Shown here piece by piece: positions 12,867 through 25,700 of a stretch of DNA of 64,000 bases (positions are counted from its first letter, which is position 1; every line of letters starts with the position of its first letter). The position numbers and the translations under genes are program-made. The notes beneath the pieces are model-generated. The model was not told where the DNA came from, searched no databases, and was given only the letters and a program-made list of their open reading frames with translations. Source of the DNA: Pelagomonas calceolata. Lineage: Eukaryota. The stretch spans positions 1,736,001 through 1,800,000 of the forward strand of contig CAKKNE010000006.1 of NCBI GenBank assembly GCA_918797485.1, given 5' to 3'.

Positions 12867-13702
12867 CGTACAGTTGCCGGTGCACGCCTCTATAACAATA
12901 CCGTAGGTACCATGTAGGTACAAATACATATATATCCTTAGCAAGAGAACGCCGTAGCGTTGTATAATGTAGCAAGGGCCCTGGGCTGCCTCGGGAGAGA
13001 GTTTCGCGGTACCCGGCGTGAGTATTGGATAAAAGTTGGTCTATCATGATAGAGGCAAAGCCAATAGAACAACTGCGACAGTGCCAGTGTCCGAGTCACG
13101 GTATACTCAACTTCAATTCGAACTTGGACTCGGAATCGTAGTAGCCTGAGTGGGAAGATACATCCTTGGGAATAGGCTAGAGGGTTTCCTCTTTCTACTT
13201 CCTCTGGGCGGAACGTCCACCTCAGGCTATTCTGCCCGGGGCCCTGGGGCCACGGCGCCATGACTAGTACTAACCTCAGGCTGGGTCACGATACCGTATG
13301 ACCGTATAGCACTGCGGCGGCACTGGGCCCGGGTCTCCGAGTTCGGGTCCGAGTGCGACGTCTGTAATTATAGGACGGTGAATACCTGCGAATGAGGCAA
13401 GAACCAAAGGGGTACCACGCACCTTCAAGTTCGAGTTTCGGAGTCACGGTGCAGCGGCTGAGACGGTCCGCCGGAGAGTTCAAGTTACTAGTACCCTTCC
13501 GAGTCCGAGTCAAGTTCGAGTTAAGAATATGCGGCTCTTCTCAGGCTCAGGCTCGGGCTCCTTGAGATACTCCAGTACTAGTGCTCCCCGGGCTCTCTTT
13601 GGTTACAATTACCGAAGTACATGTACCGCAGGTACATGTACCTACGATACCTACCAGCTTGAGTACCGTAGGTACGTTCCCAGCGCACTTGTGTTGCTCT
13701 CA

Positions 13703-16700
13703 ATGTCCTCTCCGAAGATACGTTGGAACAAGCCTCGTTGTCACCCGAGTGACAGTGAGACAAAAAATGTCCCATGCGCACGCTCGGGTCACACCTTGTC
13801 GGTGATTGGCAACACTGGATTCCTGTTCGGTGGGCTGAGTGCAGGCTTGCATGACAAAATAGCACGGCCACTCAATGAATTACACATTCTTAAAATGGGT
13901 AGCTCAGAATTCGAGTGGTGCCTACTAGAGCTTGCTGATGGGCAAAAGCCTTTGGCAAGGTGGCGTCATTCTGCCAGCATCTATGACGGCACCCAAATCA
14001 TTATTTTTGGAGGATACTATACAGCCTCTCTCCGTCTGTCAGATGTGTGGGTGTTCGACACTGTCGCCATGGAGTGGCAGCAGCCGCATTTTGATCAAGA
14101 TCCTGGTTTTATCGCTAATGGTAGTCATCCTGCATCAAGCACTTGGCCAGGTCTTCCTGCCCCTCGTGGAGGTCATTCTGCAACTCTTATTGGGCATTCA
14201 ATGTTCATATTTGGCGGTTATGGCGGCCACGGTTCAATTTGGCGTCTGTTCTTTCTGTTCTTTGCTGCAATATACTTAATCGCTTCCGTGCCGCAGGTTA
14301 CGCAAGACGTGACCTTGATGATCTTCACTGCCTTGATGTTCGAGCGTGGACATGGTCGCGGGTTATTGCGAAGGGACGGTGCCCAGAGCGGCGCTCTGGC
14401 CACCAATCCTGTGCGGTTGAAGCATCATTGTTCATTCTGGGGGGCTGGAATGCATCACAACAGTTTGATGATCTTTTCATAATGGAAACTAAGCTGAATC
14501 CACCAGTATGGTCTTGTGTTGAAGGCTCTTTCTCGGCGCCGCGATGGAATTTCGCAGCCTGCTCTGTAATGGCGATTCCTGCTTGGAAAGTGTTTGTCTA
14601 TGGCGGTCTTGAGGGAGAGTTAGATGGTGATAACAATAGACAAGGTGTGCTTTGTGGGGATATCACTGTTTTAGATGCGGGCCTTAATCGCTGGACCTGT
14701 CCTTTAATTGATGGTCATGTCCAACCCAAAGCCCGTGCAGACTCAGTCCTCGTCTATGACAGCAAGTCTTCCAGGCTCATCCTTTTTGGTGGATGGGCAA
14801 ACGAGTGGCTAGGAGACATATTTACGCTTGATGTGGCACACTTAGTAGGTCCCCCATATGCAATCATGGATCTTTATCCTCAAACTGGGCCAATTACTGG
14901 CTCAACCGCTTTGCAAATCACCGGAATTGACTTTGTCAACACGAAAGACGTTGTCGTTCGTTTTTCTTCTCAGTTTGGCACAGTTGATGTGCATGGAGAA
15001 TTTCTCAGCAGCACGCAATTGGTCTGCACAGCACCAGACTTCAGTGCTTACCCTGCAGGTGCAGTTGATGTACGGGTTGCTCTAAATGGCGACAGCTTTA
15101 CCACGACATCTCAAGTTTATACATTTTTTGCTGTAACTAGTGCGCAGAATTCTCTCATATTTGGCCCAGGGCTTTTAAATGGCGGAGCTTGCAACGAAGA
15201 GACCATGTTTATTATCCAGGCCAAGGACAACTTAAATTGCAATCGTACAACGGGAGGCGATGAATTCATCGCGAGTATCAACCTTTTGGGCGGTGGTGAG
15301 AATGGTGAAGATGTGCAGCTTCGCAATGGCGTAGAAGTACGCGACAATGATGATGGAACCTACTATGTCGGTTTTACAGCTCCTTCTCCCGGAACTTATA
15401 TGGTAGCGGTTGAATTTTTAGGCACGTTTGGCGGCTCCCCGGGGCAGGTACGAGGGAGTCAGGTTAGTGTACATTTTGAGGAATTTGTCCCGAGATCGAA
15501 TAATGCAATGACAGGAAAGCTCGTTTCCTTGGCCGTGCAACAGGACATCCAAACTCTAGCGGCGTTCTGCAAGTCAGTTGCCACTGGTATCCAAGCAAAG
15601 CCTAGTGACAATGGCTGGACAGACTTACAGAATCAAGCAGCATTAGTATCTGTAAAAGAGCACCTAAATATGATCCAGGAAATGAAGCAAGAAATTGATC
15701 TTTTATTTGACCGTCTCGAATGCATTCTATCGCATCATAAAATGCAAGGTATCAATATTGGGCCACAAGAAAAACTAGTAGAATCGTACCGCACTTCTTG
15801 GGAAGCCTCACAGCGTGCAGCCCCGAGCATATTTCTCAAAATAGCTCCACTTGTTAAGGCTGAAGGCACTAGAACAAAGGGCGAGTTGCTGGACTATGAA
15901 GCTCGGGTGCGTGAATTCCAAAAAAGTGTTGAGTCTGCACCTTTTGTACTCTATGAAACAGGGACTTTCAAGGCTATGGAGCTTCTTTCTTTGATGATTG
16001 CTGCTTATGAGGAAGAAGAAGAGCGCTGCAAAAAAATGATTCACCTCTCAAAAATGTTTGAATGTCCAGCTGATGTAGCTACATCCAGGGACTTGCTTTC
16101 TTCTGCCGGGAGAATGCTGAAGAGTTATCAGGAGGTTTGGGCATGTGCGAGAGAATGTGATACTTATATTGAAGAAGCTGGCAATCTTCTTTGGGATGAC
16201 CTAGACGCAGATGGACTTGAGGAGAACGCAAGATTAATACTGACAAAGGTAAAGCAGCATCCTGCCTCTGTAAAGCAGTCGGATGCATATCTTGGCCTTG
16301 AGCGTACAGCAAAGGAATTTCTGATGACATGCCCGGTGATTTCTAGTTTACGACAACAAACTATGCGTGATCGTCACTGGGACGAGATAAGAAAGATCAC
16401 CGTGGTAAGCACCGTACTGGGACAACCTAGTGCTTTCCATGGGATGCGGTTAGCGGATGTTTTGAGCTTAAAGCTCCACCTGCACATAGCCGCTATTGTC
16501 GACGTTACTGACAAAGCCTCGCGTGAAGCAGCACATGAAGAAACACTACGGGCTCTTTCTATAACCTGGGATAATGTAGACTTTCGGGTGGTGTACTACA
16601 AAGACACTGATGTGCCTTTGTTGAAGATGACAGAAGATGATGTCGATCAATTAGAGGCTGACCAGCTTACGTTGCAGAGTATGGTCGCAAGCCGCTACGA

Positions 16701-19700
16701 TCACTTCAGAGCACAAGCAATGGAATGGCAACGCGCACTAGTTGCAGTTTCTGAAGTTGTGCAAATGCTATCCGACATACAACGCACGTGGTCCTACCTA
16801 GAGCCACTATTTATAGGATCAGATGAAGTGAGGCGGGAACTTCCCGAAGATGCAATGCGATTTACTATGATTGATGAGCAAGTTAGAAAAACATTAAAGA
16901 CAATGGCTGATGTTAAAAATGTCAAACAAGCATCTCAATATCGAGGGCTTATAGAGCGTCTTGACAGTATTAATTCAGACCAGGACCTTTGCAAAAAGGC
17001 ACTTGCAGACTTCCTGGCAGGGAAGCGTTGCAAATTCCCCCGGTCAGCACTCTCAGTGTCGTCGATCACACGATCACACGATCACACGATCACACCTGAT
17101 GTATAGGTTCTACTTCACAAGCAGCCACCCACGTCCATTGTTTCAGCCCAATCATAAGGAATATAATTCTTACAGGTGAAGCGGACCTTTTGGATATTCT
17201 TTCAAATGGGTCCTGCCCAGCAAAGGTTATGCGCCACATCAATAAAGTTCTTCTTGCAACAGCTAGCTTGCGTCTTGAAAGCTCGTCTGCAAGCAAGCCA
17301 CGTGCAATTAGTTTTATATCCGGCGTGGGCGAAGAGCAAGTGGATTTTGAGCCAGCCGTATCCTTGGAGGGCAAAGTAGAATTTTACATGCACACGATTC
17401 TCACTGCTCAGCGAGACACATTACAAAAGAACCTTGAGAGATCCCAAAAACGTTACCCTCTGAGACCAAGAGCAGAGTGGTTACTGGAATCAAATCCAGC
17501 TGGTTACTCACTAGATCCGGCACAGATTGCAATATTGGTTGCAAGTATTCAATCGGTCATGGTAATCGAAGGAGCCATGGACAATAATACACTTGTACTA
17601 TACTCTGATCGACAGAAGCAAGATCTCATCGATCTAGTCAGGCTGACACAAACAAACCTGAAGGGTAGCGAGCGACAACGCGTGATGTGCCTAATTACAA
17701 TGGATGCACACACGCGCGACATACTTGGTAAATTAATCAAAGAAGTCTCCGTTGACAAAAATGATTTTCAATGGCAGTCACAACTCAAGCACCGTTTTAT
17801 TGAGAAAGAAGAAGCTGGCCTAGTGGTTGCTTTGACAGAGATACATGTTTGTGATGCTCGTGCGGATTGAGCCTCCTGGCACCCGAGTCTTTTCAGGCCT
17901 TGAAACTGTATATATTCCTTTGCTTGTGTTAGGATTTAGCTATGGTCTGGAATATCTCGGAAATGGTCCCCGCCTTGTCGTTACTCCGCTTACAGACCGG
18001 TTTTATGTCACTGCGACGCAAGCACTCCATCTAAAAATGGGTTGTGCACCCGCGGGTCCTGCCGGGACCGGTTTTCAAGATTAGTGTTTTATTCGAGTTG
18101 GTAATTGAGTGCAAATCTATCAATCACTAGGCAAAACAGAGACAACGAAGGATCTTGCATCTGCGTTAGGAAAATGTTGCTACGTATTCAATTGTCAAAT
18201 GACAGTGCCTATGTCAATTGTCGATTATCCACGTGTTTATCTGAAAACCCAGGTTCTCCGGAAATGGACTTCCAATCACTAGGCAACATTTTCAAGGGAT
18301 TGGCTGCAAGTGGCTCGTGGGGCTGCTTTGATGAGTTCAATCGACTCATTCCTGCGGTTCTTTCTGTGTGCACTGTTCAGTTTAAGGCTGTCTGCGAGGG
18401 CAACGCTCGCTTCGAGCACAATGAAGTCACCACTCACGTCATCTTGATTGAGGGTGACCAGGTCGACCTAGATCCGACTTGCGGCGCATTTATTACAATG
18501 AACCCGGTAAGAAATCATACATTTCTACTGGCGGTGAGGACTTCACGTGGCAGGGATATTTGGGGCGCTCGGAACTGCCTGAGGGTCTCAAAGCTTTATT
18601 CCGCCCCATGACTGTAATGGTGCGTGCGTGTCCTTGCGAAACCCCCACGCCAAATTTTTGAGTTCTAGGTGCCAGATCTAGTGTTGATATGTAGAGAATT
18701 CGCGTCTATATTCAAGTTATGGCTTTCTTACATCTGATACTATCCTTCTCCAGGCGAAAACATGCTCATGGCCGAGGGATACGTAAGTGCTCGAAGCTTA
18801 GCATCAAAATTCTATGGGCTATATTCATTGCTGCGTGATTTACTTTCGAAGCAGTCGTATTACCTACATTGTTGTCCTATGCACATTAGCACAACAAATT
18901 CAACTTGATAGGCATTATGACTGGGGTCTGCGCGCTGTGAAATCAGTCCTTGTCGTTGCAGGGCAGCTTAAAAGGGCCGAGCCAGAGCTGCCAGAAGATC
19001 AATTGTTGATGCGTGCCCTTAGGGATTTTAACATCCCTAAAATTGTCCAACAAGACGAAATCGTGTTTTTTGGTGCGTGATGTGCTTTGTATTTCATGCT
19101 CAAGCTCAGCAAAAACAGGTCTGCTTAATGACTTATTTCCCGGTGTCAATCCACCACGAGTAGTAGACTCGAGCCTTGCCACTTCAATCATCAAAGCCAT
19201 CGAAGAATCTGATCTTTGGCCTGATGAACATTTTACTCTCAAAGTTGCGCAGCTCGACGAACTGTTGGCGATCCGGCATTGTGTTTTTGTCATGGGCCCT
19301 GCAGGTGCTGGGAAATCAGTGACATGGAAGATGCTGGCCCGCGCACGTGACGATAAAGACCCACAGCAAAAAGTTTATATTGCACATCTAAATCCTAAGG
19401 TGATTCCAACTGAAGTTTTATATGGTCACATCATGCTTCAATCACGTGAATGGAAAGATGGACTGTTGAGTTCAATTATGCGAGACCTTGGACAACTTGA
19501 AGATGACAAACCCAAATGGTACGTGCACTCTCCCATTTAATCACAATCATACGCCCCCAGGATAGTGCTTGATGGTAAGTGAATCACTCGTCTGACCTTC
19601 CCGCCCCCCTTCGCTGCAAAGAGCTATCAAGATGCGCCCCACGCCCCCTTTATCAGACGTGAGGTAGCATTGTGTTTTAAGGTGATCTTGATGCAAATTG

Positions 19701-22700
19701 GATTGAGTCAATGAACTCCGTATCAGCCAGTGTCCACCTTGAGTGTAGTATGCACTAAAATATTATTCGCCACTGCAGGTAATGGACGACAATAGAATGC
19801 TTACCCTAGCGTCCAATGAACGTATTCCCCTGAAGCCATGTATGCGGATGTTGTTTGAAATCCGTGACCTTTGTTTTGCCACACCAGCAACAGTAAGCCG
19901 GGCAGGGATTATTTACATAAGTTCCGACGACGGGAATCTGTGGCATTCAATGATAGCCTCATGGGTACAGTCACAGCCGGATGAAGTTTATTCGGCACAA
20001 AGCAAGTCGGCGAGATGCGACGTTGATTTTGGTCTTGATCCTTGAGACACATCTTCTTTACAATCAGGTATTAAGCGACCTTTTCCAGAAGTATGTTTTG
20101 CCAAGCTTGAAGTACTTGCGTGACAACTCAAAAGCAGTCGTCCCTATTGTGGACATGGCGTTAGTCTCAGGACTTTTGAAAATGCTAGAAGGCGCAATTG
20201 TTGCTGAGACCGCCAACGACCGATTCAAATTAGAAATGGTTTTTGTTTTCTGCGCTATCTGGGCATTTGGATCTGCACTTACTTTGTCAGATGACGGTCA
20301 CGACAATCAGGCGGATTTTAGTGAGTGGTGGAAATCTCAATTCAAACAAGTGCGTTTGCCAACACGCGATACTGTGTTTGACTACTGGCTTGATCCAATC
20401 TCGAATAAATTCGAACCATGGCGACAGAACCCTTCATTTCATGCAGTAAATTTTGACTCGCGTACAGCTAAAATGAATGAGGTCACAGTTCCCACAACTG
20501 AAACAGCCAGTATTTGTCATTGGATCAACCTTCTCGTTCAGTGCCGCCAACCTGTGCTGCTTGCTGGGCCTAGTGGTCGACCATGAGATGCTAAGCTAGG
20601 CAAAAGAGAGTCTATTTCTTCTGGCCATTGCTGTGGTGCACACTTCTTCGTTCAGGTACTGGGAAAACGCAACTCGTCACCGGCATACTGCGCGAATTAC
20701 TTCCTACTGAGTTTTCGAGTGTGGGCATCAATATGAATTATTACAGCACGGCAACCATTCTAATCGGCTCATTGGAGGCGCCACTTCAGAAAAGAACCGG
20801 GTCAACATATGGAGCTCCTGGCTCAACTCGACTAATATATTTTATTGGTGCGTGCTGGTTTCATTTGATACCAATGCCATTCATTGTGTGTAGATGACTT
20901 AAACCTACCGTGCGAACCACTGCCGCGAAGAATACTCACCTTTTTCTGTTGTCGAGTGGGAAAGTAGTCGCTGGGGTGGTAAGCACCGCATGGTACTACA
21001 CTGCTAGGCAGCTAGATAAATACAATACACAATCTGCAATTGCCCTGATGCGCCAACACCTGGACTATGCCGGCTGGTATGATCCAGTCAAGCTCACCCT
21101 CAAGAGTGTAATTGATTGTCAATACATGGCATGCATGAACCCAACGGCCGGATCCTTTTTAGTCAATCCGCGTCTTCAACGGCACTTCTCAACTTTTGCC
21201 GTTGGCATGCCAAGCGCCACCAGTCTGTTGACAATATTTCAGACCTTCCTGGATGGACACTTTCAAGCTGAGCAATTCCCAGCCAATGTGTGCAATCAAG
21301 TATCAAATCTCATCAAGGGGGCACTTGCATTACATAAAGAGGTACATGATACTTTTCGTAAGACGGCGTCAAATTTTCATTATGAGTGCAATCCAGTGTC
21401 ATCACGTATTATCTGGGCCACACTACTTTATGGTCTGCTCTTCACAGGTTCAATGTGTGCGCATCGGTGTCCAGACGAGTTTCCCGCGGCAGCATGAACA
21501 CACAGACGTCACCTGGCAAGCGTCTTTGGAGGTCTGTTACTCGCTCGCTCCCATGTTGCGCAATTTACTATACCAGATAGTATTGTATTTCTCTGGATCC
21601 ATGAATCTGAGCGAACTTACGGCGATAGACTTGTCTGCGAATCAGATGTCTTGCGATTTCGGGCAATCCTTCAAAGCACGGCCAAAAAGGCATTCCCAGC
21701 AGTAGGAACAGCCCACCTCTGGGGAGATCATGCTACAACTCCCCTATGCTTTTCTCATTTCCGCGACGTCGCCACCCTTGATTCTCCAGCATACGGGCTA
21801 GTAGAAGATATTGATGCACTACGGAACTGTTTTGAGCGGGTCCTCCGCGATTATAACGAGTTTCATCCTGCTATGGATCTTGTTTTGTTTAGAGACGCGC
21901 TCTTACACGTGGCGCGAATCACGCGAACCATATTTCAGCCCGGGGGGCACATTCTTCTAGTTGGTGTGGGTGGAAGTGGCAAGCAAAGTCTTGCGCGCCT
22001 ATCTACTCACATATGTGGCCATGCGTTGGTGCGCATATGCATAACCTCAAGTTATGGACTTGGGGACTTTAGATTGGATCTGCAAAGCATGCTCACTCGT
22101 TCTGGCACAAAACCGGAGGGCATCGTCTTCTTATTCACAGACTCTCAGATAATCGACGAAAAGTTTTTGGTTTATCTTAATGACCTACTCGCTGGGAGTA
22201 TTCCTGATTTATTTAGCAAAGACGAACGAGATAACTTGGCATCAATGGTGGAGGGTAAAGCGAAAGCAGCGGGCCTTCCCGCAGACACTGCATCATGTTG
22301 GGAGTATTTCTTAACACAAGTTCGAGCCAACCTTCATGTTGCTGTGTGCTTCTCTCCAGTTGGCCCTGATTTTGGGACCTATGCAAAGCGTTTCCCAGCA
22401 CTCATTTCTGGAACCACAATCGATTGGTTTCAACCCTGGCCGAACGATGCTTTGGAATCTGTAGCTGAGAAGCAGCTAAGCGATGTAGAATTCAAATCAC
22501 CTGCCCTGCGATCTGCAATTGAGAGATTTATGCCTCTGAGCTTTGAAATGGCAACTAAGGCGGCTGTGCGCTACAAAAGAGAAGAGGGCAGATTTGTTTA
22601 CTTAACGCCAAAGAGTTATCTTGAAATGCTTGCCTTGTACCGCACACTTCTATTGCGTCGGCGTGAAGAGAACGAGACCGCAACTATGCGCTTGGAAAAC

Positions 22701-25700
22701 GGAATATCACGCTTACGAGAAGCAGCTTCCGCCGTCGGAACACTTGAGCTGGAATTAACAGCAATGGTACAAGCAGCTGATGAAAAACGAGAGCACAGTG
22801 AGGCTATCGCTGCGAGGGTGGCATCTGAAAAGATGATTGTGGAGCGAGAGACAGATAAGGCAAATAGCGAGGCTGCGAAAGTGGCCAACATTCAAGGAGA
22901 AGTGCAGCTCCAGAACGAAGATGCCGAGCGTGACTTGCTTGCTGCTGAGCCTGCAATTCGAGCTGCCACCGCAGCTCTTGATACATTAGATCGACGAGAC
23001 CTAGGTAGCTGCAAGACAATGGCCACCCCGCCGAGCGGCGTTGAAGATGTTTTTAGTGCAGTCTGCGTGCTGTTGGCTGGGATAAACCCAGCAATTGCCG
23101 TCCAGCGCAATGGCAAGGTGAAAAAGGAGGGTCGCAGTTGGGATGCGTGTAAAAAGTCACTGCTCGGTAATATCAATGGCCTAGTTGACGAACTGAAGCA
23201 GTATAAAGCTCTTATAGATAAAGAATGTGTCCCAAAAATTAATTTTAATGAGGTAAGACCATACCTGCAGATGGACCACTTCAATGAAGATGCAATGAAC
23301 AAAAAAAACTCAGCGGCAGCAGGCCTGGTAAAGTGGGTTGAGAATATTGTTCGTTATTATGACATCTGGCAAGATGTGGAGCCTAAGCGTATCAAAGTTG
23401 TTGAGTCAACACGCCAGCTAGAAGCAGCTAACTCAGAGCTAGCTGTGGTGCGCGGAAGAGTCAATGAACTCCAGGCACAACTGCGACAACTTACTTCTGA
23501 ATTTGAGCAAGCTGAAAAAATTAAAAGAGAAGCAGTAGATATTGCAGAAAAGGGCCAACTTAAGCTCGAATTAGCCCAGCGCTTGATCAATGCTCTGGGC
23601 TCTGAGGAAGTAAGATGGGTAAAAGGCGTGGAGCGATTTCGTTTCGAACGAGACCCACTGGTTGGAGATGCTCTTGTGGCGGCTGCATTTATTTCGTTCC
23701 TTCCAGAGTCTCATGTTTTTCTTTGCGTGAATTAGGAAGCCCAAGCGTGACTTGCATTTCAGGTATTGTAGTTTGCGGTGCACTGAGTATTATTGTTTTT
23801 GCCAGCAGCAAAAAAAGTGACTTTTGAAATCAACTTCACTTTGTCAGACCCGCATCACCACACACAATTTTCACTTCGTGCGATACATCGCATTCATCAG
23901 TATACTTTAGGTGGCCCATTCAACAAAAAGTTTCGAGATGAACTTCTCCTCGAATCGTACATACCGTATCTACAAGTAGCTGTAGCAGGCAATTCTGTGC
24001 CCATGCGCCAACTCGATGCTACAACAACAGTTGTGACCTTAATTGCCACTGAAGCGGACGTCGCAGGCTGGAATTCCCAGGGACTCCCCCGTGATCCGGT
24101 CTCCTCCGAGAACGGTGCTATCGTCACTGCCTCAACGCGCTGGCCACTAATGATTGACCCGCAGCTCCAGGGGGTAGCCTGGGTCAAGGCACGGGAATCT
24201 GGGCGTTTGCAGGTACAGAGACTTGGACAGACAGAGTTGATACCTGGGCTGCGATCAGCTATGGCTGGAGGTACTACTATTCTTATTGAAAATATTGGAG
24301 AGCAAATCGACGCAGTCCTGCTGCCCCTCCTGCAACGCGCGATCTTGACAAAGAGAGACCATCAATATATTGCCCTCGGCGATGATGAGGTAGAATATTC
24401 TCCAGGCTTTCGACTTGTCCTACACACAAAACTCTCAAATCCGCCAAACCAGCGCATTATAATTTCCCTCGTAACCACGTCATTGTATCCAAATGGCATT
24501 TAGGCACTATCCTCCAGAGTTGCAGGCCGAACTGACGCTTGTAAATTTTACGGTTACACCCCTTGGGCTGGAAGACCAATTGTTAAGCCTTGTAATCAGG
24601 AAGGAACGCCCAGACCTGGCAGCCAGGAAAGCAGCTGTGATCCACCAAGCGAATGAATTTAAGGTCAGAATCAAACAACTTGAGGATGACATTCTAGTGA
24701 AATTAAGTACAGCAGAAGGTGACATTACAGAAGACCGCGCGCTCATTGAAGGATTAGAGAGCGCCAAGCAACAGAGCCTGGACGCATCGGCAAGACTCAG
24801 TGAAGGGAAGGAGATCAGCACTTCCATCAACAAGACTGCAGAAAGATACCGAATGGTAGCAAAGCGAGGAGCCACGATTTTTTTTCTGATGAATTCCCTA
24901 CACTGCATCCACACGTAATTTGGACCTGATACTTCACTACCGCGATCGCGTGTAAAATAGGTACTACATTTACAGCTTGAATTCATTTGTGGTTATGTTT
25001 CTGCATGGCATTGAACTAGTGCATGATACAGAGCGCAAAGCCAAAGCACCTAAGAAACCCAAAACCATGCTTTCTAAATTAAAATCAGTGACTGCCAAGA
25101 TCATTCAAATGCAACGATTCAATTGGAATGAGGATCTACTCCATCAATCTTTTCTTGCAGGAAAACAGGATTTCCTTTCACTCAGCACACGAGCACTTGA
25201 GAAGAAGACCGCGGAAGAAAAGAATGACGTTTCAGAGGAGGACTTCAATCATAGATGCTTGAGTCTTACAGCTTCGATCACGTCGGTTCTTTTCAGGTAC
25301 ATAGAACGTGGAATTTTTGCTCGTGACCTGCTTACAGTGGCAACACTTCTTTCATTCGCAGTAGCCGAAGCTTCAGATACGCTCGAACATTCTTTATTTC
25401 TTTGTTTGCTTTCGCCCGTCAAAGCCCAAGGGGGAGCTGCTGGAGGCATGACTGAAGATGTGGGCGCTTGGTTACCAGTATTGGTTTGGTCACAAATCAA
25501 GGGATTGGAGAAAGGGGCTGTCGAAAATATTGGATTGGTTGCATTTGAAGGGCTGGGGGATCAAGTGAATAGTGATCCAGATGGATGGCACAAATGGTAT
25601 GAGCATCCAAAACCAGAAACGCAGCCACCACCAGGGGGTTTAAAGTCTATTACTGGGATCTCTATGCTAATTTTACTACGAACTATGCGGGCTGACAGAA

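Noticed and set aside
17062..17096. (GATCACAC)n tandem in a dynein intron
   Set aside because: Simple local slippage repeat with no further structure.
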